DNA of 64,000 bases from contig OZ252299.1 in the NCBI GenBank assembly GCA_965250285.1, positions 4,256,001-4,320,000 on the forward strand, written 5' to 3'. A program made the translations under genes and the position numbers. Shown here piece after piece: positions 28,014 to 37,859 of this stretch (its first letter is position 1; each line of letters starts with the position of its first letter). The stretch comes from Myxococcota bacterium. Its GTDB lineage: Bacteria; Myxococcota_A; UBA9160; UBA4427. The notes beneath the pieces are model-generated. The model saw only the letters and a list, made by a program, of their open reading frames with translations. It searched no databases and was not told the DNA's origin.

Positions 28014-29585
28014 ATGCCCGACTACGACGTCATCGTCGTCGGCTCTGGGGCGGGCGCCGGCGCGGCGGCATCGGCCCTGGCCGACGCAGGCGTGCGTACG
28101 CTGGTCGTCGAGCGGGGCGAGCGACTTGCCGACACACGCTTGCTTCAGGACGAGCAGCGCATGCTGATCGATCGCGTCGCGTCGGACGACCGTCCCATCA
28201 CGATCGACGGCGAACGGGTGCGACCCCTGATCGGGGGGACGCCCGGCGGCAGCACGAGCCTCTACGGCGCTGCGCTGATCAGGCCGTCGCCCGAGGACTT
28301 CGTGCCCGGTCGTCACTACGGCCCGCGCGTCCCGCGCGCGGTCTGGGACTGGCCGTTCCAGTACGAAGATCTCGCGCCCTACTACGACCGGGCCGAAGAC
28401 CTGTTTCGCGTCTGTGGCGACGCCGCAGCCGTACCGCCCCACCTCGGCCGGCGTCCTTGCCCGTACGTTGCGCCGACCCCGCCGCTCGATCCATTCAATG
28501 CACGCTTGCGCGCAGCGCTTCGCCGCGAGGGCACGCGTCCGTTTGCGTTGCCCCTCGCCATCGACTTCGACCGCTGCCTGCGGTGTCCGACGTGCCCAGG
28601 CTACGGCTGCCCGACGGGCGCACGCACATCGACCGACACCACGCTGCTGCGTCCGCGCGCCGAGAAGCACGAGCTCGACCTGTGGACGGGGGTCGAGGCC
28701 CTCGAGCTCATCCAGCGTGGCGGGCGCGTACGCGGACTGCGCGTGCGCCAGCGACGCACCGGCCACGTGCATGAAGTGTCGGCAGAGCACTTCCTGCTGG
28801 GTGCAGGCGCGCTCGGCACACCGGTGCTCCTCGAGCGCTCGCGACTCGCGGAGCGCAGCGGTCAGCTGGGACGAAACCACATGTGCCACATCGGCGCTGT
28901 GGCGATCGCCGTGTGGCGCCGTTCGATCGGCGCCGACGAGACCTTTCTCAAGCGACTGGGGCTCACCGACTTCTACTTCGGCACCGAGTCGCTGCGCGAG
29001 AAGATGGGGCTGGCGCAGTCGATCCCCGTGCCCGGCCCACGCTCGATCGAGAAGCAGCTCGGGGTGCGACTGCCCCGCGCCGCGACCGAGTGGGCACATC
29101 GGCGCAGCCTGCTGATGACCGGCACGGTCGAAGACCTGCCGCGCCCGGGCAACCGTGTGCAGGCGACCGACGACGGCGGCCTCGCGCTGCGCCGCCGCTT
29201 CGGTCGGTATGACGTACAGCGGGCGAAGGTGCTCGCGGGTCGGCTGGCCAAGCTGCTGCGCCGATCGGGTGCCGCGATCGCCCTGCCCCACGTCGCGTCG
29301 AACGACCGCGATCATCTGGCGCATCAAGTAGGAACGTGCCGCGCGGGCCACGACCCGACCACCTCGGTGGTCGACCGTGATGGCGTCGTGCACGGCGAAG
29401 AGAACGTGCGCGTCGTCGATGGCAGCGTCTTCCCGACCTCACTCGGTGTCGGCCCTGCGCTCACGATCGCCGCTCACGCGCTGCGTGTGGCGGACACCCT
29501 GATCGAACCGCCTGTCGGCCACCGCATCGTGCGCCGACCGGGCGACCGCCGGCCTCATCCCCCGCACCAGGGAGACGCTTCATGA
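28014..29585 (+). CDS. GMC-family FAD oxidoreductase
   Basis: YDVIVVGSGAGAG, GGSTSLYGA, CxxCxxCxxxxCP, HQVGTCR, VVDGSVFPTS..GPALTI. Confidence 0.88.
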   Translation: MPDYDVIVVGSGAGAGAAASALADAGVRTLVVERGERLADTRLLQDEQRMLIDRVASDDRPITIDGERVRPLIGGTPGGSTSLYGAALIRPSPEDFVPGRHYGPRVPRAVWDWPFQYEDLAPYYDRAEDLFRVCGDAAAVPPHLGRRPCPYVAPTPPLDPFNARLRAALRREGTRPFALPLAIDFDRCLRCPTCPGYGCPTGARTSTDTTLLRPRAEKHELDLWTGVEALELIQRGGRVRGLRVRQRRTGHVHEVSAEHFLLGAGALGTPVLLERSRLAERSGQLGRNHMCHIGAVAIAVWRRSIGADETFLKRLGLTDFYFGTESLREKMGLAQSIPVPGPRSIEKQLGVRLPRAATEWAHRRSLLMTGTVEDLPRPGNRVQATDDGGLALRRRFGRYDVQRAKVLAGRLAKLLRRSGAAIALPHVASNDRDHLAHQVGTCRAGHDPTTSVVDRDGVVHGEENVRVVDGSVFPTSLGVGPALTIAAHALRVADTLIEPPVGHRIVRRPGDRRPHPPHQGDAS

Positions 29586-30358
29586 CGAAAGTCGCCATCA
29601 CCGGCATCACGGGCAGCCTCGGCGCCGCCCTCGGCTCGTTCTATCTCGACCGCGGCGCGACCGTGGTCGGCGTCGGTCGCAAGGCGAACGCCGGCCTCGA
29701 CGTCTGCAGCGAGCCGATCGCCAACGCGCAACGAAGTCGCGAGGATGCGAGGAAGCTGCTCGATCTGGACGCCGACCTGATCCTGCTGTCGGCGGGCCAG
29801 ATCGAAGAGGAGGTCGGCCGGGCCGGCCTGCCCCTGCCCGAGGTCGCCGATTCGATTCACACGATCAACGCGCAGTTTCCGCAGTGGGTGGCGCTCGAGG
29901 CCGCCGAGCGCGAATGGGATCATCCCGTCGACATCGTCGCCATCGGCTCGATCGCCGACGGCAGCCCATCGGTGTTCGGCCCCGTCTACCACGCTTCGAA
30001 GGCGTCGCTGCATCAGTTCGTGACCGGCACCGGGCCGATCATCCACTCGGCCAACCCGAACGTGAGGCTGCGTCTGTACCGACCCGGGGTCATTCAGGGG
30101 CCGCTCTCGTGGTCACCCACCGTGCGGCTGAACGAGCGCGGGCGACGGATTCGTGCGAGGCGCTGCGAGGCGGCGCCGCGGGCCGAGGCCGTGGCGGCCC
30201 GCGTCGTTCAGTTCGTCGACCGGGACCGCTGGGTCGGCAGCGACCGCGAGCCGCTCTCGTTCCGTTTTCTCAAGCTCTTCTTCGGTCTCGCCCCCGAGCT
30301 CTACTACCGCCTGCAGATCCAGGCGTGGAAGCGCGGCAGCAAGTTCACCGGCGAGTGA
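29582..30358 (+). CDS. Short-chain dehydrogenase/reductase
   Basis: ITGITGSLG, GS, YHASK; ATGA overlap with the GMC gene. Confidence 0.85.
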   Translation: MTKVAITGITGSLGAALGSFYLDRGATVVGVGRKANAGLDVCSEPIANAQRSREDARKLLDLDADLILLSAGQIEEEVGRAGLPLPEVADSIHTINAQFPQWVALEAAEREWDHPVDIVAIGSIADGSPSVFGPVYHASKASLHQFVTGTGPIIHSANPNVRLRLYRPGVIQGPLSWSPTVRLNERGRRIRARRCEAAPRAEAVAARVVQFVDRDRWVGSDREPLSFRFLKLFFGLAPELYYRLQIQAWKRGSKFTGE

Positions 30359-30400
30359 TCGATCGAGCCCCACCTGCGGCGCGACGCGATCGCCCCGCGA

Positions 30401-31561
30401 TCAGCCGACGAGCACCCGTGACAGGCGACCGACCAGGCCGGGTCGGTTCGCGATGACCATGGCCTTTCGGTACTGCTGAAGCAGATTTCCTGTCTCGACA
30501 TCCCAGGTGCCCTCTTCAGCGAACTTCCTCGCCTGCACCGCCAGGTGTCGCCGCTGACCGTCCTGGCGAAGCAGCAGCGAAGCCGCTTCGCCATAGGCGC
30601 CGGGCGTGTCTGGATCGACCAGCAGGCCGTTGTCGCCGTGGCGCACGAGGTCGGGGATGCCGCCTGCCGCGGCCGCTACGACGGGCGTGCCCGCACTCAT
30701 CGCCTCGAGCACCACGAACCCGAGGGTCTCGGTCGTCGACGGCATGACGAAGAGATCGGCGCTCGCGAAGGCCGCCGCGAGATCATCGCCGCGCAGGAAC
30801 CCGGTGAAGACCGTGCGATCGGGGTCGAACGTCTTCTCGAGCGACTCGCGCGCCGGGCCGTCGCCGACGATGCAGACGCGTGCCTCGGGTGCGGCATCGA
30901 GCACCTCTTGCAGTCGATCGATCTTCTTTTCGGGCGAGACGCGGCCCGCATACATGACGATCGGGCCATCGGGCCGGCCGCCGCTCATGCGCATGCGCAT
31001 CTCGACCGAACGCTTGCCGGGATGGAAGCGCTCGGTGTCGACGCCCCCGCGCCAGAGCCCCACCTCGTTGATGCCGTTGTCGATCAGCTCACGGCGCGTG
31101 AAGCTCGACGGGCACAGGTTGACGTGGGCGCGATTGTGGACGGCTCGCATCACGGGCCAGACCGCGGGCGCGAGCCAGTCGAGGCCGTAGCCCGGCAGGT
31201 AGCGCGGCAGATCGGTGTGGTACGAAGCGACGATGGGCACCCCGAGGCTCTTGGCCGCGGCCGTCGCCCAGAGCCCGAGGCAGACCGGACCGACGATATG
31301 GACGACGCTCGGGCCGAAGCGCCACAGCTCGTAGAGGATGCGCGGATCGGGCGCTGAGACCTGCAGCCCTGGGTACGGCGTGAAGGGCACGCCCGGGATC
31401 CCGACGACTCTGGCCCCGTGCAGCTCTTCGACGCTGCCCTCGGGCGCGATGACCAGCACCTCGTGGCCGCGCTCCGTCATGCACTTGATCGTGCGGTCGA
31501 GCCTGTTCGTGATGCCGTCGATCTTCGGAAGGAAGACCTCGGTGACGATGGCGATCTTCAT
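30401..31561 (-). CDS. GT4 glycosyltransferase (SqdX/MgtA-like glycolipid synthase)
   Basis: TEVFLPKIDGI, VASYHTDLPRY, GVDTERF, YAGRVSPEK, PSTTETLGFVVLEAM; GAGGAGGA RBS. Confidence 0.9.
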   Translation of the reverse strand: MKIAIVTEVFLPKIDGITNRLDRTIKCMTERGHEVLVIAPEGSVEELHGARVVGIPGVPFTPYPGLQVSAPDPRILYELWRFGPSVVHIVGPVCLGLWATAAAKSLGVPIVASYHTDLPRYLPGYGLDWLAPAVWPVMRAVHNRAHVNLCPSSFTRRELIDNGINEVGLWRGGVDTERFHPGKRSVEMRMRMSGGRPDGPIVMYAGRVSPEKKIDRLQEVLDAAPEARVCIVGDGPARESLEKTFDPDRTVFTGFLRGDDLAAAFASADLFVMPSTTETLGFVVLEAMSAGTPVVAAAAGGIPDLVRHGDNGLLVDPDTPGAYGEAASLLLRQDGQRRHLAVQARKFAEEGTWDVETGNLLQQYRKAMVIANRPGLVGRLSRVLVG

Positions 31562-31746
31562 ACGTCCTCCTCTCACCCCGCGGCGGAGACTACGGACGCA
31601 TCGACACGGCGCTGTATCTGGACGCGCACGATTCGGCAACGCTCGTGGCACACCTGCGCCAAGAGCGGTGGGCATTCGTGGGCAGGTCGAGGGCCCGCAC
31701 GTCACAGATGTGTGACGATCGACGCCTACGTGAAGTCAGGAGCGGT

Positions 31747-33402
31747 TCAGCGTGGCTTCGGCTGCGTTTCGGTGAAGCGCCACACGACGAGCTCGCCATC
31801 GTCGTGGTTCGGGGGTCCGAGCAGCTGAGTGAGCTGTTCGATGACGCGCGGCCCGACGGCCGGCAGGTCGCGACCGTAGACGCGATGCCGCTCCATCAAC
31901 GCACGACCCGAGTCTGCAAGCGGCGCGGAATAGACGTCGGCCCAGTAGCGCTCGACCTCATCGGCGATGTCACGATGCACGATGAGCGCGTCGATGCCCT
32001 CGCGGCCATCGGCCAACTGGGCGACATCGACATAGAGCTCGGATTCGACCCTCGGCACACCGGGCGCCAGCGCACCGAACGTGCCGACGCGAACGTCGTG
32101 GCCGTGTCGGCGCGTGAGCGCCGCGAGGTAGTGCATCGATCGGTTCGGCAACGGAGGCGCCTCGACCACGACGAGTCGGGTCGGGCTGCCCTCGAGCGCC
32201 GCGTAGGCGGGCGAGAGCTTCACGTCGCCGGCCGTGAAGGCGGGCAGCTCGAAGAGGCCGAGATAGGTGTTGGCGAACCGATCGAGGGGCGGCGCGAAGG
32301 GCCCGCGCGGCCCGACGACGAAGAGGGCGACCGCGACGCCGATCCCGACGGCCTCGACGGGCAAGGCGGGCACGCGCGCGCGCAGCGCGCGTCCCAGGCG
32401 CACGCTGCCGAGCGCGATCAGCACGCTCGCCGCGGCGGCCGAGGGGAGCAGGTAGCGGGCGTACGCATACGCGTCGCCAAACGGCGACGCGAGCCAGAGC
32501 AGCACCGGCGGCACGTACACGGCCGCGCAGAGCGGCGCCGCATCGACGCCCCGCGTGCGAATCTGGTCGATCGCCGACGCGACGAGAGCAACGACGCAGA
32601 GCGCTGCGCCCGACGACGACCCGGCGAGCACGCCGATCACGTCGAAGGCGCCGAAGTCGCCGTAGTAGAGCTCGTCGCCCTTGGCGCCCACGAACGCGAG
32701 CAGCGAGTCGAACGCCGCCGCGTGCAGCGCGAGGGCGACGACCGCCGACCCGGCGAAGCCGACGACGACCGGATGGGTCGCCAGCCGAGCCGCCCCGCCT
32801 CGCACGACTGCCCTCGCAAAGACGCCGAGCCCGAGACCCAAGAGAAAGAACACGCTCGTCAGGTGGGCGAACGCGGCCAGGCCCCCGACGAGCGCGATCC
32901 AGCCCGCGCGAGACCAGGCAGGCCGTCTGTCGCCCGGGCCCGGCGCGCTGAGGATCTGCACCCCGATACACAGGAGCGCCGCCAGCGAGTAGCTGCGGCC
33001 GAAGTGGCCGTAGAAGACGAAGACAGGGGCCAGCGCGACGATGAGCGCTGCGACCCACGCCGACGCGGTGTCGGCCTCGGTGCGTGCAAGACGAGCGACC
33101 GCCGCAATCAGCAGCAGGCTCGGCACGAACGCGACCGCGCGAAGCACCGGCAGACTCGCGCCGAAGGCGTCGACGAGGCCCTTCTGCACGAGCGGCAGCG
33201 CAAGGCCCGACCCGACCGCGTCATACCGGGCGAGCAGCATCGACCAGGGCAGCTCGAGGACCGTGAGGCTGTGCAGCTCGTCGCCGAACAGAAGTGCGTT
33301 CGCGAGGGGAACCGCACGCAGCCACACCCCGAGCAGCAGACCCGCGCCGACCGCGAGCCAGACGAGGGCCTGGCTCGGCGATGTCCCGGGGCGCTCGGTC
33401 AC
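31747..33402 (-). CDS. Polytopic membrane protein, probable GT-C fold glycosyltransferase
   Basis: LFGDELHSL acidic motif after TM1, FGRSYSL, YARYLLP; more than 10 TM segments; GTG start chosen. Confidence 0.65.
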   Translation of the reverse strand: MTERPGTSPSQALVWLAVGAGLLLGVWLRAVPLANALLFGDELHSLTVLELPWSMLLARYDAVGSGLALPLVQKGLVDAFGASLPVLRAVAFVPSLLLIAAVARLARTEADTASAWVAALIVALAPVFVFYGHFGRSYSLAALLCIGVQILSAPGPGDRRPAWSRAGWIALVGGLAAFAHLTSVFFLLGLGLGVFARAVVRGGAARLATHPVVVGFAGSAVVALALHAAAFDSLLAFVGAKGDELYYGDFGAFDVIGVLAGSSSGAALCVVALVASAIDQIRTRGVDAAPLCAAVYVPPVLLWLASPFGDAYAYARYLLPSAAAASVLIALGSVRLGRALRARVPALPVEAVGIGVAVALFVVGPRGPFAPPLDRFANTYLGLFELPAFTAGDVKLSPAYAALEGSPTRLVVVEAPPLPNRSMHYLAALTRRHGHDVRVGTFGALAPGVPRVESELYVDVAQLADGREGIDALIVHRDIADEVERYWADVYSAPLADSGRALMERHRVYGRDLPAVGPRVIEQLTQLLGPPNHDDGELVVWRFTETQPKPR

Positions 33403-33553
33403 GGTCGGGATTCTAGTGCAGCTCGAATGCGGAGGGCCTTCAGAGTGTGATCTCAGCAACGCGCACCACGGGTGCAGCGATCGCCGTGGAAGCCCGGGCG
33501 CTCCCGGGTTTCTTCGAGATCTGCGCATGCCCGTTTCGTGCCGGGGCGTCGCG

Positions 33554-33580
33554 TCAAGTTCTCGAGCTTTTTCGCCGATA
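33554..33580 (+). promoter_or_regulatory. Sigma-28 (FliA)-like promoter
   Basis: TCAAG-N15-GCCGATA directly upstream of the PEP-CTERM gene. Confidence 0.5.
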
Positions 33581-33588
33581 CACAGAGC

Positions 33589-34260
33589 ATGATTCGTCCC
33601 CTCCGCCGACACACGTGCGTGCGCACGATCACTTCCACCGTCATGGTCGTGCTCGGCGCCCTGCTCTTCACGGGCACGGCCCGCGCGCTCATGATCAGCG
33701 AAGTCATGTACAACCCGGTCGGCGGCTTCGGCAGCGACGATGGCCTCGAGTGGATCGAGCTCTACAACGACGACGTGACGACGGTCGACCTGTCGGGCTT
33801 CAGCCTCGGTTGGGGCGGCAGCGACTACACGTTCGGCAGCCTGCAGCTCGCGGGCAACCTCGCGCCCGGTGAGTTCATCGTCGTCGGCGGCCCCGACCCG
33901 GGCCCGGGTGTGAACTGGCTCCCCGATCCGATCGACCCGAACCTGCCCGATGGCTTCATCACCGCGGGCGGTGTGGGCCTCTTCACCGGCACCGAAACGT
34001 CGGGCACGCCGATCGATGCCGTGATCTTCGCGTCGGGCATCGGCTTCAACTTCAACGGTCTGATCGACGAGACCGGTGCGGTGGCGGGCGTCGACGCGAC
34101 GATCGGCGGCGCCGGCGACTCGATCGAGCGCATCAGCACGATCAGCTGGGTGACGAACGCAACGCCGAGCCCCGGCGTGAACCCGGCCATCCCCGAGCCC
34201 GGCACCGGCGTGCTCCTCGCCGCGGGCCTTGGCCTGCTCGCGTGGCAGCGCCGACGCTGA
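33589..34260 (+). CDS. Lamin-tail-domain protein with PEP-CTERM sorting signal
   Basis: Signal peptide; ISEVMYNP...EWIELYN (LTD); C-terminal IPEPGTGVLLAAGLGLLAWQRRR; start may lie slightly downstream. Confidence 0.88.
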   Translation: MIRPLRRHTCVRTITSTVMVVLGALLFTGTARALMISEVMYNPVGGFGSDDGLEWIELYNDDVTTVDLSGFSLGWGGSDYTFGSLQLAGNLAPGEFIVVGGPDPGPGVNWLPDPIDPNLPDGFITAGGVGLFTGTETSGTPIDAVIFASGIGFNFNGLIDETGAVAGVDATIGGAGDSIERISTISWVTNATPSPGVNPAIPEPGTGVLLAAGLGLLAWQRRR

Positions 34261-34350
34261 GCCCACCCGCGCCGCCCCTCGAACGAACGCCGCACGAGCA
34301 CGAGACGCAAAGCGGTCGTCTCCGAGCGCGATCGGGCTTACCCTGACCCG

Positions 34351-35286
34351 ATGTCGGTGCGTCTTCGCGGCGTCCAGCACAGCTATGGCAATCGGCCCGC
34401 CGTGCAGGCGCTCGACCTCGAGGTGCGGCCCGGTGAGCTCTTCGGTCTGCTCGGCCCGAACGGCGCGGGCAAGACCACGACCCTGCAGATCCTGGCGGGC
34501 TTGCTCGAGCCGGCCGCGGGCGAGGTCGAGCTCTTCGGCGACGCCGCGCGGGGGCGCACCCGCGAGCTGCGGCGCCGCATCGGCCTCGTGCCCCAGTCGC
34601 TCGCGGTCTATCCCGACCTCTCTGGCCTGGCCAACGCCCGCTTCTTCGGCCGACTGCAGGGCCTGCGCGGCCGCGCCCTCGAGCAGGCGGCGCGCGACGC
34701 CCTCGAGCGCGTCGACCTGACCGAGCGCGCGCACGACGCGGCGGGCCAGTACTCGGGCGGCATGCAGCGGCGACTGAATCTGGCGTGCGGCCTCGTGCAC
34801 GGGCCCGAGCTGCTGCTGCTCGACGAGCCCACCGTCGGCGTCGATCCGCAGTCGCGCGAGCACCTGCTGCAGGCGATCCGCGCGCTCGCCGACGAAGGCA
34901 CCACCGTCATCTACACCTCGCACTACATGGAGGAGGTCGAGCGCCTCTGCGATCGCATCGCGATCCTCGATCAGGGCCGACTGATCGCCCTCGGCAGCCA
35001 GCGCGAGCTGCTCTCGCTGGTGGGGCTCGGTGAGATGATCGAGGTGCACGGGCTGGGCGACAGCGACGCAGCCACGGCTGCCCGCGGTTGGCCGGGCGTG
35101 CGGAGTGTCGATGCCGAGGGAGAGGACCTGCGTGTGCAGGTCGACCGCGCGGCCGACGTGCTCTCGCCGCTCGCGCGCCTCATCGAGGACAGCGGGCGCG
35201 CAGACACCGCGAGCGTCGAGATCTATCCCGTCGATCTCGAGCGCGTCTTCATGCACCTGACGGGGCGGGCGCTGCGAGACGAATGA
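34351..35286 (+). CDS. ABC-2 type exporter ATP-binding protein
   Basis: GPNGAGKTT, YSGGMQRR, LLLDEPTVGVD, TSHYMEE. Confidence 0.95.
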   Translation: MSVRLRGVQHSYGNRPAVQALDLEVRPGELFGLLGPNGAGKTTTLQILAGLLEPAAGEVELFGDAARGRTRELRRRIGLVPQSLAVYPDLSGLANARFFGRLQGLRGRALEQAARDALERVDLTERAHDAAGQYSGGMQRRLNLACGLVHGPELLLLDEPTVGVDPQSREHLLQAIRALADEGTTVIYTSHYMEEVERLCDRIAILDQGRLIALGSQRELLSLVGLGEMIEVHGLGDSDAATAARGWPGVRSVDAEGEDLRVQVDRAADVLSPLARLIEDSGRADTASVEIYPVDLERVFMHLTGRALRDE

Positions 35287-35954
35287 CCGGGCGCCTCGCG
35301 AACTGGGCGCCTCGAAGCGCCGCTTCGCGGGGTGCCGCGCTCGGCGCCACGCTGCTGTTCGCCGCGGCGTTCGCCGCGCAGGCCGAAGATGAGCCGGCGA
35401 CGCCCGAGGTGCATCCTGCCCAGGCCGCCGTGCGCGAGGCCCTGGCCGAAGCGCGGCGCGTCGTCGAGGGTCCGGGCGACCGCCCGGCCAAGCTCGAACA
35501 GCTGGGCGACATCAGCCGCGCTCTCTTCGACACTGAGTCGATGGCGACGCGCGCGCTCGGTTCGCACCTCGAAGGCCGCACCCCCGAGCAGCGCGCCGAG
35601 TTCATGGCGCTCTTCGATGAGTACATCGTGCGCGCGTATCTGCAGAAGCTGCTCTTCTTTCGCAACCCGCGCTTCGCGTTCGCGAAACCCCGCGTCGAGG
35701 GCGACTCGGTGTGGGTGCGCACGCGCATCGTGACGCGCAAGGACGACTACTTCGTCGACTACCGCATGGAGCAGACCCACGCGGGCTGGCTCGCGAGCGA
35801 CGTGGTCGTCGAGCACATCAGCCTGGCCGACAACTTCGCCGCGCAGTTCACGAGCCTGCTCGAACGACGCACATTCGACGAGCTGCTGGCCAAGATGCGC
35901 GCCAAGGTCGATCGCCACCGAAAGAGGCTCGAAGGAAAGAAGCTCGAAGAATGA
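35283..35954 (+). CDS. MlaC/Ttg2D-like periplasmic lipid-binding protein
   Basis: Signal peptide; FDTESMATRALG, VDYRM, DVVVEHISLADNFAAQF; ATGA overlaps at both ends. Confidence 0.82.
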   Translation: MTGRLANWAPRSAASRGAALGATLLFAAAFAAQAEDEPATPEVHPAQAAVREALAEARRVVEGPGDRPAKLEQLGDISRALFDTESMATRALGSHLEGRTPEQRAEFMALFDEYIVRAYLQKLLFFRNPRFAFAKPRVEGDSVWVRTRIVTRKDDYFVDYRMEQTHAGWLASDVVVEHISLADNFAAQFTSLLERRTFDELLAKMRAKVDRHRKRLEGKKLEE

Positions 35955-37063
35955 CGGCGCTCTGGGTCATGCTGAAGGATCTCGAACTGGTCGTGCGCGA
36001 CTGGGCGGCGCTGCTGTTCATTCTGCTGGTGCCGGTGATCGTGATCGGCATCTCGGCGACGAGCCTCGGCGGCAGCGACGGGCCGCGCATCATCGTGCCG
36101 GTGGTCAACCTCGACGAGGGACCGGTGGCCGAGGTGCTGCTCGAGGTGCTCCAGAAGAACGTGATCGTCGAAGAAGTGGAGCTCGACGAGGCGAAGCGTC
36201 GCGTGCTCGTCGACCAGAGCTCGGCCACGGCGCTCGTGCTGCCCGAGCGGCTGTCGAAGCGCTACCTCGCGGGCGACGAGAGCACGCTGACGCTGCTGAC
36301 CGACCCCGCCAAGGGCTCGGAGGTGAACGTGGTCAAGGCCTACCTGCTGCTCGCCGACCGCGACGCCGCGGCGCTGGCCGACCCCTTCCACGAAGAGCTG
36401 ATCACGATCGAAGAAGAGAGCCTGACGGGCAGCCAGCTCACCACCGACAACTTCGAGCAGACGATCCCCGGCTTCAGCACGATGTTCATCTTCATGGGGC
36501 TGATCTTCGGCGTCGCGTTCGGTCTCGACGACGAACGGCGCTGGGGCACGCTGGTGCGTCTGCGCACGGCGCCCACGAGCCTGGTGCCGATCCTCTTCGG
36601 CAAGGTCGCGGCGCGCATCGTGATCGGGTTCGTGCAGGCGGCGATCCTGTTCGGCTTCGGACGCCTCGCCTTCGACCTGGCGCTGGGCCCGTCGATCGCG
36701 ACGTTCGCGCTGATGCTCTTCGCCATCGTCGTGGGGCTCACGGGCCTCGCGATGCTCGCGGTGCCGCTCATGCGCACCCGCGAGCAGATCATCCCGCTCG
36801 GTCTCACGGTCGTGCTGATCGCCTGCTCGATCGGCGGCTGCTGGTGGCCGCTCTTTCAAGAGCCGATCTGGCTGCAGCGCATCGCGTTCGTCTTCCCCAC
36901 CGCGTGGGGGATGAACGGCCTGCACGACCTCATCCTGCGCGAGAAGACCTTCGTCGACGTCCTGCCGACGCTGCTCGTGCTCGCCGCCTACGGCGTCGGC
37001 GGGACGACGATCGGGGCGGTGCTGTGGGTGAGGCGGGAGGTGCTGGCGGGGAGGTCGGGGTAG
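35951..37063 (+). CDS. ABC-2 type exporter permease
   Basis: TM1, extracytoplasmic domain, DERRWGTLVRLRTAP, GGCWWP, PTAW. Confidence 0.9.
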   Translation: MTALWVMLKDLELVVRDWAALLFILLVPVIVIGISATSLGGSDGPRIIVPVVNLDEGPVAEVLLEVLQKNVIVEEVELDEAKRRVLVDQSSATALVLPERLSKRYLAGDESTLTLLTDPAKGSEVNVVKAYLLLADRDAAALADPFHEELITIEEESLTGSQLTTDNFEQTIPGFSTMFIFMGLIFGVAFGLDDERRWGTLVRLRTAPTSLVPILFGKVAARIVIGFVQAAILFGFGRLAFDLALGPSIATFALMLFAIVVGLTGLAMLAVPLMRTREQIIPLGLTVVLIACSIGGCWWPLFQEPIWLQRIAFVFPTAWGMNGLHDLILREKTFVDVLPTLLVLAAYGVGGTTIGAVLWVRREVLAGRSG

Positions 37064-37067
37064 CCAA

Positions 37068-37796
37068 TCACCCCACCACCCCATCGGGATCGGGGATGTG
37101 CCGCGCCACGAGGTTCGAGAACGCTACGCGGCCGGGGCCGAACTTGAGCAGGTCGGCCTTGGCGAAGCGCGCGGCGTCGGCCGAGATCGGCTTGGCGTCG
37201 CGAGCCTTCATGTGGGCCTCGGCGACGCGCTCCATCTGCACGAAGAGCCCCACCGCTTCGCTGACGCGATCGCCCACGGTCAGCAGGCCGTGGTTGCGCA
37301 GGATGATCGCCCGGTTGTCGCCGAGCGCGTCGGCGATGCGGCCGCCGGCCACCGTCGACTGCACCTGCACCTCTTCGTCGTCGAAGATCGCGTGGTCCTC
37401 GAAGAAGACACAGCTCTCCTGGGTGATTGGCTCGATGGGCCGCACCTCGGCCGAGAAGGGCGTGCCCCAGCCCGTGTGCACGTGGCAGGCGCTCACCGCG
37501 TCGGCGCGGGCTTCGAGGATCGGCTGGTGGATGTAGTAGGCGGCCGAGTTGATGATGCCTTCGCCATCGGCGAGCTCACCATCGGGGCCGACCAGCACGA
37601 GGTCGGGCACCGTCGCCTGGTGGTACGACACGCCGTAGCGCAGCAGCCAGAAGCAGTCAGTGCGCTCCGGGTCGCGTGCACTGATGTGGCCATCGCCTGC
37701 ATCGCCCCAGCGCATCGCCGCGAGAATGCGGTAGCCGAGCGCCACCTCGCGCTTGCGCCGCGCGCGCTCCGCTTCGATCGAATGGGCCTCGCTCAT
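37068..37796 (-). CDS. Class II aldolase/adducin family protein
   Basis: GHISARDP, HVHT, ILRNHGLLT; GAGGAG RBS. Confidence 0.9.
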   Translation of the reverse strand: MSEAHSIEAERARRKREVALGYRILAAMRWGDAGDGHISARDPERTDCFWLLRYGVSYHQATVPDLVLVGPDGELADGEGIINSAAYYIHQPILEARADAVSACHVHTGWGTPFSAEVRPIEPITQESCVFFEDHAIFDDEEVQVQSTVAGGRIADALGDNRAIILRNHGLLTVGDRVSEAVGLFVQMERVAEAHMKARDAKPISADAARFAKADLLKFGPGRVAFSNLVARHIPDPDGVVG

Positions 37797-37859
37797 GGTT
37801 CGCTCCTCTGCTTGCCGGATCACAGCCGCTCGGATCTGGGCGCTTCGACAGGCCGATGA

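Noticed and set aside
31747..35256. 1169-aa ORF
   Set aside because: The upstream half is antisense to the ABC ATPase and PEP-CTERM genes; only about 31747..33402 looks like a real membrane protein
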